From an uncultured Planctomycetia bacterium (GTDB lineage Bacteria; Omnitrophota; Gorgyraeia; Duberdicusellales; 4484-171), in contig CAZVQU010000001.1 of assembly GCA_964629655.1 (NCBI GenBank), positions 420,056 through 484,055 on the forward strand: a DNA stretch of 64,000 nucleotides, given 5' to 3'. Under the pieces are notes generated by a model. It saw only the letters and a program-made list of their open reading frames with translations, was not told where the DNA came from and searched no databases. Below, one piece after another: positions 20,137-29,645 of the stretch; the first letter of the stretch is position 1; each line of letters begins with the position of its first letter. A program made the translations under genes and the position numbers.

Positions 20137-23100
20137 TCACTCCTCGCTCGCGCAGCGCTCCAGGGAAATAATGTTAAACGTAAGACCGGCAGCATCTTTG
20201 AATTCCTGGACCATGCGCGCACCGAGGATCTGGGTTACGTTCCCAAAACCTCCTGAAATTTCTACGCTGGTCGTTAAATCAATTCCTCCTTTGGTGGCAC
20301 TCAGTGCTGACGATACAGACATCTGTTGATTACCCTCAACGTAATGATACACCGAATCATACTTCGGGGGTAAGTTAGAACGTGAAGGACGCTTTTGCGG
20401 TTCACGCGCAAACGCTAACTGAGGAAACTGAATATCCGGACGACGATTGACTATCTTTAACACTAGATCTGACCTGTCCGTCTGCTCGTCAAGGTATTTC
20501 ATGCGTCCGGGCACATAAAAATACTGCTTACCGGGGACGTTGAGCCGGTTAAAGAACTTTTCTTTACTCATACCTTCAATGGAAAAACCTTCAATCAGGC
20601 TAAAGAATGCGACACCATCTTTTTCCAGCACCCGCTTTACTTCACTAATTAAGACATGCTTATTCTTTAGATACACACCGACGGCGACCGGAACTAATAC
20701 TCCTAAGAATTCACCATCTTCGTAAGGCAGGCCGTTCTCAACATCCCAGAGCTTTAATCTACTGCGAAAATCATGCATAAACCGATCAAACAGCATTTCG
20801 CGGGCTTCAAAGCTTACCGCGTTGATTCTTTGCTTCATCAAGCCATAATTTGGTAAATACAACTCTTCTTTATTGATGAATTGTAATTCAATATTAGGAA
20901 AATTTTCCTGGATATCCTGAACAACAACCCCGGCGCCCACCCCGATAATCAGTAACTTCTTAGGACTTTCCTTTGTCGAGCGGCGATTAAGTTCATCAAG
21001 GAATTGTGAAACTTCCCCTTCAAAAATACGATCATCGACCCAAAGCCCGCGGGTAGTATTATTCATCCCGTAAGGATTCTTAATTGAAGATGAGGCTGCG
21101 CTACCGCCGGTGATACTCAAAGGTTGCTGGTAATCATCACTTTGCTTTATTTCTCCCCGCGGCCGCACATCCCGTAAAGAAATATTCTTAATGACCCTTA
21201 CATATTCCGGCCACCCTCCACCTTGCTCTGCATTCTCAGCGATGTATTTTATGGCTTTACTGTATACCGATGAAAATTGGCTCTGATCGATACTATATTT
21301 ACGCATTAGTAATGCTACCTGAAGGTTCACATCTGCGGAAACTCTGGCACCAATTTCATGATGTTCTGAGTAATGATCATAGGGCTCCAATATGTCATCG
21401 GTCAACCGAGCAGTGGGAACCAGCGACAAGGTACCGTATGTGCCCAACACCTGATTGCGGGCCGATTGAAACTCTTCACTGCTTGTATCCAGTTGCAATA
21501 GTTTCCTTTTGTGCACAGAGGTATCAAACGTTGCCTCCTGTTCGATAAATCCTCCCAGATAATAGAGTTCCGACGGCGTAAGAAAGGTAATAATCCCGGG
21601 AATACTTTCTCCGGAACTTGTTAATAATTGTCGCAGGCGCCGATAGCCAAGAACCCGCTCTAACCATGATAACGTTTGTTCAGTTGGAAAATTAGTATTT
21701 TTTAACACCTCCTTGGCAAGTTCTGTGCGATGATAGGCATAGGTAAGCACTTCCGAGAAATGATGAATAAAGCTAGCCCGGTTCGCCAGCGCAAAACCAA
21801 ATCGATCAGCAAATTCATGATTAACTTGTTTGTCTTTCTCATTGTCAATAACAAATCCTTTATATCCTTGACTATTCTCAAGGATAAGGAACTCATACAA
21901 ATGTGCGATCTCACTACTTAAACTGAATGCACCTCCCTGTATGCTCACTTCCGTAATCATCGCCAATGGTGATTGGAGGGAAATATTGTCACGGTTAAGC
22001 AAACCAGTAGAAAATGATCCACCACCCCAGGGATTACTCATATAAAAATACCATCGATGACGATGCATGAATCCCTTGGGCAATAACGCTAGCACCGAAT
22101 CATCCCATAACCGCAGATACTGCGCATAAGCCAAACCCCAGAGAAAATCTCCTAAATCATCTTGGTTTATTTCCTGCTGTCGTAATATGCCCTTGATTTT
22201 TTCTGCCTCCCGAACAGAACGTGCTCGATTTCCTCCAGGAACAAGCGATTCGTTTAATGCAAGCATTAAAAGATCCTGGACACCCATTGCCTGTATTTCT
22301 CGATCACTATAGTATCCATTCTGTCTTGCTTTGTGACGAATGATGGGAACTACAACTGTATCTATCCATGATTGATACCCGCCAACCATATCACCAGTTA
22401 CCAGACTGATTAAAGCATTTTCTGCCTCAACAGAGGATATTACTTCGTCTCTGGCCAGTCTTACCAGGAGAGAAAGACAACCATGAAAGAGCTTCGTCAT
22501 TTCGTCTTTTCGATCATAATCTTTCATAGTATTGATTTCTCTCATGCGATTAACGTAAGTCTCAACCGTTGCCACACTCGATACGGGCACAACTTCAAAC
22601 AGGACAAACATATTCCAATATTTTCTATACGTATCCACCTGCGCTGCCATCAGCCGCAATATGTCCTCTAAAACTTTAGCATCACCCCTCCACTTATGTG
22701 TCGTTCCCACAAACGCATAAAACAAGCGCTTCATCGAATCATCCTGGCAGGCGACAGGCAACGGAACCACTTTTAAAAGAATTGCTCTTCTTTGAGGAGA
22801 GAGGCGACTTAATTGATGAAAAACTTCGCTAACATAGTAATCAGATATGAGCTTTCTAAAAATAGTAGCAAGACTTACATCGCTTCCCAAAACAGTTTTC
22901 CATATATCAACTCCCCCCGGTACCGACGTTATTTTCCCTTGTGAGAATCCAATGTAATTTAAGGTGGGAATCAAATTGTAACTAATATTCGCTACATGCT
23001 TACTGTTCATCCAGGCATAGGCATCAATGTGATCGAGAACAAATAATTGTTTCTCTAGATTTATCTTGGACAGAGGGGTAATGATGTATTCTTTGAATTT

Positions 23101-25293
23101 CTTAAGTTCTTCTCGTGAATTTATCTCTCCTTCAATACTGATGGCAATCCTTTGCCGAACAACATCATCAAACTCACTAAGCAACGCTTCTTTTTCAACG
23201 GCAATGCGAGCCTGTTCATCCGGATAACGCACATAAATATCAACACCTGATAAATAATGTGACGGTTCGTTCGTTTCCCATGTCTTGTACAAAACATCCT
23301 GCGAGAAGGGAGCATCGGGCGTAACGTTAACTGCAAAAGGCTTGACCGCTAAAGATGTTTTCTCAGCATAGGCGTTAATTTTATCAAATACTGCAACCGG
23401 ATCGATCCCTACAAGATATTCGGTAGTATACGTTTCCTGAATGACCAATTTTACCTTATCGCCTAAGGCAGTTTTGAGCACTCTCCCTGCAGTATCAATA
23501 TTTGCCTTCTTATAATCGCTGAACCCTGCAGCGACGTGCCTACTACCGGCAAAGCCGATGATCTTTGCATGAGGATTCTTTTTTAATATTTCAAAGACAT
23601 GTAAGGCCATCCCTTCATCGACCGTCACTCGCTCTCCCTGAGCATTCGTTACATACCCATACTCATCTCCCATGCCAGGAACGGTTGTATGTGCGGTACG
23701 TGGATCAAAAGCAGTCACCTTGATACCGGCGCTGCGAGCAGCACTGAAAATATCTTCATAGGCCGCAAAAGCTGCTTCAGGAAATCCCACGGGTATGTCG
23801 GAATAAATAATTCCGTCAAGCATCCTTGGGTTACCGCTTTTCATGTAAAGATCGATGTACTCTTGATACTGCTCGTCTATCTCAAGAACGATATCGGTCA
23901 ATCCGCGGTCCCGCATGATACTCATTACATTAACCATGACATTCTTATGATCTACACTGGAATGTTCTTCACCAAGCATAACCACCTGCGCTCCTTGTTC
24001 AAAAAGATCAACGATAGTCTGGGTGATGTTTGTCCGGGCGTTTTGTTCAATGTACTGCATCACTGATGCTTCAGAGGCTAATATCGGCTCGGGCACTGTC
24101 AGCGTAAGTGTTTTAACCGGAGCGATGCTACATGCAGTAAGAAACATCGTTCCCAGTGTGAAGAATGTCCGACGCGTCATGCGTATTGGCGATGAACTCA
24201 CCGAGACATTGAGCCACTCTTCGGAATCAGAAAATCCCAGGCCACCGGAAAAGTACCTCCGTTTGATTTGCCTTCGTTCATAGGGATCGTAATCTTTTCG
24301 TATGTAATTATAAATGCCTTTCTTAAAGGACTCGACATACTGGTCATAAATCGTGTTCTTTATATCTTTGTCTTCTATGTCGATACCGGTTACCTTATTT
24401 TTATCGATGTAATATTGATAAATTGAATTTCTTAATTTCTGCTTAAACCAGGCCGCCAGAATGACCGAATGATATATCTGCCTGAGCCTGGCAAAATGTT
24501 GTTTATGGTTTACTTCCCCTGAGAGTTCGGGAAGGATAGTTTCTTTCATGATGCAGGAAGTCACTTTATTGATTTGCTCGGCCTGGGTAAGTGGCTTCTC
24601 TTGCTGTTCGCTGTGGCGGGAGAGTGCAAGATAATCTTCTTCGAGAAGAACTTTTAAACTGGCGTCGGTAATCATGGCTATGGTTCCGTCTTCGATAACC
24701 TTCGCCTGTCCGGGCACAATCCAGACCTTATTAAACGTATTGACTGGAACGTTTATAGTGGCAGCAAGCTTGTATATCTCTTTATAAGTCATCTCCCAAT
24801 AGTCCTTACCGGTAGCAGTATCCGGATGCATGAATGATGCGATGAGTTGCTTTAATAAGTAATCCTGAGCCAGCATGTCTTTCCCCAGATCAGTGACGCC
24901 TAAGCTATCAGGAATTATCCTGTCCTGTTCATAAGGAGAAAGATTCACCCATAAATCCTGTTCAGGGGTAGTAAGCGCTGCCAGGAAATATTTGATAAGA
25001 TCGGAGGCTTCTTCTTCACTTATTTCATCCTTATCCTGGGTATCAATAACGAACTGAAGTTTAAGTGGGTCCTTGGGATCAAGCTGTATGCCTTTGAGTA
25101 CAGGATAAGAATGGGTATATGAAGGAGCGAGCAACTGTTGAGCTGACGGTAGATCAAGTGCTACAGCATGGGCTTGTTCATCATTTACGCCTAATCGCTG
25201 GACATAGAAATACATGGAGCCTGCTGCAAGACAAACTGCAACATAGAGCCCTATTGCCCTAAAACCAATAGTACCTTTCTTATGGTGAGTCAT
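20137..25293 (-). CDS. Large modular membrane-anchored/secreted protein: N-terminal scaffold, EreA/ChaN-like domain, class I methyltransferase, C-terminal GGIDL domain
   Basis: 1718-aa ORF; N-terminal TM; LGEEH/VLEI/GSRH; LLIIGVGAG...LPYEDGEF...KRVL; KGGIDL. Confidence 0.8.
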   Translation of the reverse strand: MTHHKKGTIGFRAIGLYVAVCLAAGSMYFYVQRLGVNDEQAHAVALDLPSAQQLLAPSYTHSYPVLKGIQLDPKDPLKLQFVIDTQDKDEISEEEASDLIKYFLAALTTPEQDLWVNLSPYEQDRIIPDSLGVTDLGKDMLAQDYLLKQLIASFMHPDTATGKDYWEMTYKEIYKLAATINVPVNTFNKVWIVPGQAKVIEDGTIAMITDASLKVLLEEDYLALSRHSEQQEKPLTQAEQINKVTSCIMKETILPELSGEVNHKQHFARLRQIYHSVILAAWFKQKLRNSIYQYYIDKNKVTGIDIEDKDIKNTIYDQYVESFKKGIYNYIRKDYDPYERRQIKRRYFSGGLGFSDSEEWLNVSVSSSPIRMTRRTFFTLGTMFLTACSIAPVKTLTLTVPEPILASEASVMQYIEQNARTNITQTIVDLFEQGAQVVMLGEEHSSVDHKNVMVNVMSIMRDRGLTDIVLEIDEQYQEYIDLYMKSGNPRMLDGIIYSDIPVGFPEAAFAAYEDIFSAARSAGIKVTAFDPRTAHTTVPGMGDEYGYVTNAQGERVTVDEGMALHVFEILKKNPHAKIIGFAGSRHVAAGFSDYKKANIDTAGRVLKTALGDKVKLVIQETYTTEYLVGIDPVAVFDKINAYAEKTSLAVKPFAVNVTPDAPFSQDVLYKTWETNEPSHYLSGVDIYVRYPDEQARIAVEKEALLSEFDDVVRQRIAISIEGEINSREELKKFKEYIITPLSKINLEKQLFVLDHIDAYAWMNSKHVANISYNLIPTLNYIGFSQGKITSVPGGVDIWKTVLGSDVSLATIFRKLISDYYVSEVFHQLSRLSPQRRAILLKVVPLPVACQDDSMKRLFYAFVGTTHKWRGDAKVLEDILRLMAAQVDTYRKYWNMFVLFEVVPVSSVATVETYVNRMREINTMKDYDRKDEMTKLFHGCLSLLVRLARDEVISSVEAENALISLVTGDMVGGYQSWIDTVVVPIIRHKARQNGYYSDREIQAMGVQDLLMLALNESLVPGGNRARSVREAEKIKGILRQQEINQDDLGDFLWGLAYAQYLRLWDDSVLALLPKGFMHRHRWYFYMSNPWGGGSFSTGLLNRDNISLQSPLAMITEVSIQGGAFSLSSEIAHLYEFLILENSQGYKGFVIDNEKDKQVNHEFADRFGFALANRASFIHHFSEVLTYAYHRTELAKEVLKNTNFPTEQTLSWLERVLGYRRLRQLLTSSGESIPGIITFLTPSELYYLGGFIEQEATFDTSVHKRKLLQLDTSSEEFQSARNQVLGTYGTLSLVPTARLTDDILEPYDHYSEHHEIGARVSADVNLQVALLMRKYSIDQSQFSSVYSKAIKYIAENAEQGGGWPEYVRVIKNISLRDVRPRGEIKQSDDYQQPLSITGGSAASSSIKNPYGMNNTTRGLWVDDRIFEGEVSQFLDELNRRSTKESPKKLLIIGVGAGVVVQDIQENFPNIELQFINKEELYLPNYGLMKQRINAVSFEAREMLFDRFMHDFRSRLKLWDVENGLPYEDGEFLGVLVPVAVGVYLKNKHVLISEVKRVLEKDGVAFFSLIEGFSIEGMSKEKFFNRLNVPGKQYFYVPGRMKYLDEQTDRSDLVLKIVNRRPDIQFPQLAFAREPQKRPSRSNLPPKYDSVYHYVEGNQQMSVSSALSATKGGIDLTTSVEISGGFGNVTQILGARMVQEFKDAAGLTFNIISLERCASEE

Positions 25294-25380
25294 ACAACTT
25301 ACCTTATATATAAATGTACCATATACAAAGAGTGGTTTTTAGAGTAATGGAAGGATGAAATGAAAGCGTTTACGGAAAAG

Positions 25381-25453
25381 AATGGGCATGCTTCTATTTT
25401 TGGCTGAATCTGTGGTGAACAAAAAAAATAGAAGCGTTGTCCCTGTTTAATTT
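25381..25453. repeat. Pair of related palindromic sites upstream of the large gene
   Basis: AATGGGCATGCTTCTATTTT (25381-25400) and AAAATAGAAGCGTTGTCCCTGTTTAATTT (25425-25453), inverted to each other over GCTTCTATTTTT/AAAAATAGAAGC. Confidence 0.7.
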
Positions 25454-25466
25454 ATCTAAATCCAGC

Positions 25467-25760
25467 TTAGAATCTAGGCCGGTTTCCCTGGTCAAACCCT
25501 TGCTTAGGCGGTTTGGCCTTATTTACCTTTAAGGCTCTTCCGTTTAAATCTTGACCATCTAAAGTTTCAACTGCTTTCTGAAGCTCTTCGTCAGTCTCAA
25601 AGGCTACAAATCCAAAGCCCTTAGATCTGCCGGTATACTTATCTTTTATTACCTTCACATCTTTTGCCTGAAAACCTTTACCTTCAATAAAGCTCTTTAG
25701 CACATCTTCATCCACGCCATACTCTAAATTGCCTACGTAAATTTTATTCTCTTCGCTCAT
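25467..25760 (-). CDS. RRM-domain RNA-binding protein
   Basis: RNP2 IYVGNL; RNP1 KGFGFV. Confidence 0.95.
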   Translation of the reverse strand: MSEENKIYVGNLEYGVDEDVLKSFIEGKGFQAKDVKVIKDKYTGRSKGFGFVAFETDEELQKAVETLDGQDLNGRALKVNKAKPPKQGFDQGNRPRF

Positions 25761-25971
25761 CCTGCACTCACCTTTTTAGTTTCTGAAGCCTGTCCCAAAA
25801 ATAAATTCACAAACCCTTAACTCCTTCTCTCCCTGTATCATCCCTCCTATATAAATGGTTATTCGTCTCAAAAGAAAACAAGCACAACACCATACATACT
25901 CATTGTCTTCTGTTATTTTGTTCTATTATATCGTATTTTAACAATATATGACTTAAAAAATATCCTTTGAA

Positions 25972-26196
25972 CTATTTAACCTGCTCAACCTCTTTAACTT
26001 CTGGGACTACCTCTTTTAATCTTTGTTCTATCCCCATTTTGAGAGTATGAGTACTCATTGGACAGCAACCACAAGCGCCAGTTAAGCGAACCTTAACTAT
26101 ACCATCTTCAGTAACATCAACGAGTTCTACATTACCGCCGTCAGCTTGCAAAGCTGGTCTTATTCCCTCTAACGCTTTTTCAACTTTTTCTCTCAT
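25972..26196 (-). CDS. NifU/NfuA-family Fe-S carrier
   Basis: [17 protein letters not shown]. Confidence 0.93.
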   Translation of the reverse strand: MREKVEKALEGIRPALQADGGNVELVDVTEDGIVKVRLTGACGCCPMSTHTLKMGIEQRLKEVVPEVKEVEQVK

Positions 26197-26205
26197 ACTA
26201 ACCTC

Positions 26206-28593
26206 CTAATTTAACTTCTTAGCTACCCGGACAGCTTCGACGCCGTCGCTAGCATATCCAGCGCCTAGAGACCGAGCAAAACTCTTGGTTACTACAGCGC
26301 CGCCTACTATGAATCTACAATTTAACCCCTCTTCCTTAGCTTTGTCAACAACTTCCTTCATGCTAACCATTGTGGTGGTCATCAAAGAAGAAAGCCCTAC
26401 TATCGAAGACTTATGGCGTTTAATTTCTTTAATTATCCTTTGAGCTGAAACATCTTTACCTAAATCAACAACGTCAAAACCATGGTTTTTCAACATAAGA
26501 GCCACAATGTTCTTCCCAATATCATGGATATCCCCTCTTACCGTAGCGAGAAGAACAATAGTCTTCTTGCCTCTTGCTAAATCATCCTTTTTAAGATAGG
26601 GTTGGAGCACTTCGAAAGCTATCTTCATAGCTTCAGCACTGGCAATAAGCTGAGGCAAGAAAAATGTCTTTTTGTCAAAAAACTCTCCTACCTTATTAAT
26701 AGCCGGGATCATTGTCTTACGCACAAGCTCACTAGCCTCACAACCCGAAGACACAGCCTCCCTTATAAATCCTCTTATGTCTTCTCTATTGCCTTCGAGG
26801 ATAGCCGTATAAACTTTCAACTTAGGACTATCGGCTATTAGAGACTTTTTTGTGTTTGAAAAACCAGAAAACGAAAGTTTTTCCAAAAATTTAGTGGCAT
26901 TCTTATCTTTCCCCAACAAAAGATTCTCAGCCAACTTTGAATATTTAGCCTTTAGCTTTGAAGGATTAGCAATAGCTAGGCTTAAACCTTTTCTCCTAGC
27001 CAAGGCTAAAAAAACTGAATTAATTAAGGCCCTTTCAGGCATACCAAAGGAAATATTCGAAAGGCCAACAACACTATTGCACTTGAGATTATTAGAAACC
27101 CAAGCTATAGTTTTCAAAGTCTCTAGGGCTGCTTTAGGCTGTGAAGATACAGCTAAAGCCATCGCATCAACGATAATATCATTTTTGGAGAATCCGCTTT
27201 TTTTTGCCTGTTTAAGGATATCGGAAATAATTTTCCTTCTCTGGACAAAAGTCTTAGGCAGGCTTTTGCCCTTAAGAGGAAGAAGAATAAACATTGCTCC
27301 ATATTTAGTAGCTAATGAGAGTAGCTTTTTTAACTTATGCTTCTCACCGCTTATAGAATTAATTAAAGCTCTTCCCGGATAAACTCGCAAAGCTGCCTCT
27401 ATCGCCTCAACCTGAGAAGAATCAATAACCAAAGGAAGGCTAGAGTTAACTGCCAACATATTAATAACACTTTTTAGGGTTTTGATTTCATCTATACCAG
27501 CAGTTCCAACATTAACATCTAAAAGCGAGGCTCCAGCTTTCTCCTGCTCTCTTGCCAAGTGACGAATAAAAGAAGTTCTTCCTTCACGCAATTCTTTCTG
27601 TAAAACCTTCTTGCCGGTAGGATTGATTGCCTCACCGATAATAGTAAAAGATTTCTTGCCTTTAAGAATAACACTTTTTCTGGCAGAACTTAACACGCTA
27701 GGAATCTTCTTCAATGGTACTGTTGGCTTTAGGCCAGAAACTTTTCTTTTTAACCTCTTTATGTGTTCCGGTGTAGTGCCACAGCATCCTCCTAAAAAAC
27801 CTACCCCGGCTGAAACTAATTCCTTGGCGAAAAAAGCAAACTTCTCAGGACCCATATCAAAAGAAGTCTTACCCTTTACCAATTTCGGCATACCAGCGTT
27901 AGGCTTTGCAATAAGAGGAACTTTAGCATAAGGCTTTATTGCTTTGATTAATTTAAGCATCTGCTGAGGACCGGCGGAACAATTACAGCCAACAGCATCA
28001 GCACCTAAACTTTGTAAGATATTTAAAGCTGTCAGAGGATCGGTTCCATTGAGAGTCCGGCCATCTGACTCATAAGTCATTGTTACCATAGTAAACTTAT
28101 CAGTAAGCTCTTTAACCGCTATGAGAGCAGCTCTAGCCTCTTGAATATCCATCATGGTCTCGATACCAAAAATGTCTACCCCGGCTGCGAGCAAACCCCT
28201 TACCTGCTCTTTAAAAATATCAACTACCTCTTCAAACTTAAGCGGCCCGAAAGGCTCTATGAACTTGCCAGTAGGACCAATATCACCAGCCACTAAGGCT
28301 CTACCCTTAACAGCTCTTTTAGCAATTAAGGCAAGCTTTTTATTAACTTCGCTTACATTATAATTACCATAAGCTTTAAGCTTAATCCTATTGGCACCAA
28401 AAGTAGAGGCATAGACTATGTCTGCCCCGGCTTCTTGATAGTCGGTATGGACTGCCGAAACAACCTTAGGATTTTTAAGAGACCAGATTTCAGGTGATAC
28501 CCCTTGGGACATGCCTCTTTTCTGCAACTCGGTCCCGGTAGCTCCATCAAGAACTACAATCTTATTATTTAAGAGTTTGATTTTATTCTTCAC
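26206..28593 (-). CDS. metH: B12-dependent methionine synthase (homocysteine, folate and cobalamin domains; no reactivation domain)
   Basis: LDGATGTEL, GCNC, GGCCGT, IGEAINPTG, GDIHDIGKN; GTG start at 28593 with AAGGAG RBS. Confidence 0.92.
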   Translation of the reverse strand: MKNKIKLLNNKIVVLDGATGTELQKRGMSQGVSPEIWSLKNPKVVSAVHTDYQEAGADIVYASTFGANRIKLKAYGNYNVSEVNKKLALIAKRAVKGRALVAGDIGPTGKFIEPFGPLKFEEVVDIFKEQVRGLLAAGVDIFGIETMMDIQEARAALIAVKELTDKFTMVTMTYESDGRTLNGTDPLTALNILQSLGADAVGCNCSAGPQQMLKLIKAIKPYAKVPLIAKPNAGMPKLVKGKTSFDMGPEKFAFFAKELVSAGVGFLGGCCGTTPEHIKRLKRKVSGLKPTVPLKKIPSVLSSARKSVILKGKKSFTIIGEAINPTGKKVLQKELREGRTSFIRHLAREQEKAGASLLDVNVGTAGIDEIKTLKSVINMLAVNSSLPLVIDSSQVEAIEAALRVYPGRALINSISGEKHKLKKLLSLATKYGAMFILLPLKGKSLPKTFVQRRKIISDILKQAKKSGFSKNDIIVDAMALAVSSQPKAALETLKTIAWVSNNLKCNSVVGLSNISFGMPERALINSVFLALARRKGLSLAIANPSKLKAKYSKLAENLLLGKDKNATKFLEKLSFSGFSNTKKSLIADSPKLKVYTAILEGNREDIRGFIREAVSSGCEASELVRKTMIPAINKVGEFFDKKTFFLPQLIASAEAMKIAFEVLQPYLKKDDLARGKKTIVLLATVRGDIHDIGKNIVALMLKNHGFDVVDLGKDVSAQRIIKEIKRHKSSIVGLSSLMTTTMVSMKEVVDKAKEEGLNCRFIVGGAVVTKSFARSLGAGYASDGVEAVRVAKKLN

Positions 28594-28603
28594 TTTCTCC
28601 TTT

Positions 28604-29227
28604 TTACTGTTTAGATTCAACTCCGGCAACTGCGGTAACTGATTTTTCAGGAATAAGCATATACTCACCACTTAAGCTAATTCCTAATTGCTCTAACTTT
28701 AAAATATCATAAATGATTTTCTGATTCTCCAATGAGAAATCACCATAACCAGCAGAAAAACGTCTCGAAGTTAACTGTTTGTTTTCTCTAGAAAGTTGCC
28801 GGTTAAAATAATTTATAATCCAGCTAAGTGCATTATCCGTCATCTCACTAGCCACAGCATCAAAAATTACAGCTGCAGTCACATCCTTGCCGGCAGAATC
28901 TCTTGAAATTATTTCAACTATTTTTGAACCAGAAGTGGCTGCCATTAAAAGAACTTCTTTTGAATCAACTAGAAATTTTGCTAAAGACTCACTCTCAAAA
29001 GTAATGCCCTCTGCTAGCACAATCTTAGAAGCTTCTATCTTATTTATAGGAAGTATTACTCCTGCACCCTTTAGCTCAGCAATCTCTAAAGCTTTTTCAA
29101 TGTAGCCTTCAACCTCATCTCTCTGTTTATCGTCAAGTTTAGTTACACCCTTAGCAAACCCAAGACGGCTATATATTCTATCTTTAGGAGGAGAAATGGC
29201 TATCTGGTCAAAATATTCTATCTGCAT
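28604..29227 (-). CDS. Stand-alone methionine synthase reactivation (AdoMet-binding) domain
   Basis: RFSAGYGDF and MLIPEKSVTA motifs; adjacent to metH. Confidence 0.88.
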   Translation of the reverse strand: MQIEYFDQIAISPPKDRIYSRLGFAKGVTKLDDKQRDEVEGYIEKALEIAELKGAGVILPINKIEASKIVLAEGITFESESLAKFLVDSKEVLLMAATSGSKIVEIISRDSAGKDVTAAVIFDAVASEMTDNALSWIINYFNRQLSRENKQLTSRRFSAGYGDFSLENQKIIYDILKLEQLGISLSGEYMLIPEKSVTAVAGVESKQ

Positions 29228-29268
29228 GTTTTCTAAGGCTATTCTCTTTTTCCAAAAAACTTACATAT

Positions 29269-29343
29269 TGGTTGCCCCGTCTGGACTCGAACCAGAAATA
29301 GCTGATCCAGAATCAGCCGTGCTACCGATTACACCACGGGGCA
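29269..29343 (-). tRNA. tRNA-Gln (anticodon CUG)
   Basis: TGCCCCG/CGGGGCA acceptor stem, anticodon arm GCTGA-TTCTGGA-TCAGC, GGTTCGAGTCC T-arm, encoded CCA. Confidence 0.97.
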
Positions 29344-29353
29344 AGTTCCTATT

Positions 29354-29382
29354 ATTGTAGTATTTCCAACGGGTTCTGGCAA
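29354..29382 (-). promoter_or_regulatory. tRNA-Gln promoter
   Basis: TTGCCA-17 bp-TACAAT. Confidence 0.6.
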
Positions 29383-29430
29383 GCATAATATAGTAATTTC
29401 CATTTGGAGACTGACAAGGCACAAACAGCC

Positions 29431-29502
29431 AAAAACCCTTATAAAATAAGGAAAAAAGGCCTATTTTCCCCTAAAATGAGAAAAACCCTTGAAAAATAAG
29501 GG
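29431..29502. repeat. Direct repeat of a dyad motif, 50-bp period
   Basis: AAAAACCCTTATAAAATAAGG (29431) and AAAAACCCTTGAAAAATAAGG (29481). Confidence 0.7.
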
Positions 29503-29553
29503 ATAAATGCAATATTGACCTGTAAACATTTTCAAAATATCTTTATTATTACC

Positions 29554-29582
29554 TTGAAAAAATATAGAAAATATGTTACATT
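29554..29582 (+). promoter_or_regulatory. Promoter of the pilus operon
   Basis: TTGAAA-17 bp-TACATT with extended TG. Confidence 0.5.
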
Positions 29583-29645
29583 TTAAAGGATACTTGTGTT
29601 TGATGTTGGGAGGCGTCAAAGGCAGATTTTTGATTGGATTTTGGA

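Noticed and set aside
21880-21930. SEIAH as a zincin HExxH motif in the large protein
   Set aside because: The first His is missing, so a metalloprotease call is not supported
25761-25915. Short upstream ORF (MIQGEKELRVCEFIFGTGFRN) in the RRM gene leader
   Set aside because: SD-to-ATG spacing is too short; more likely a long 5' UTR
26206-29227. Split methionine synthase as a novelty or frameshift
   Set aside because: A separate reactivation domain is an established arrangement (Thermotoga type), and both ORFs are intact
29228-29343. tRNA-Gln as the integration site of an island
   Set aside because: No duplicated tRNA 3' end or integrase seen; the pilus operon lies on the tRNA's 5' side
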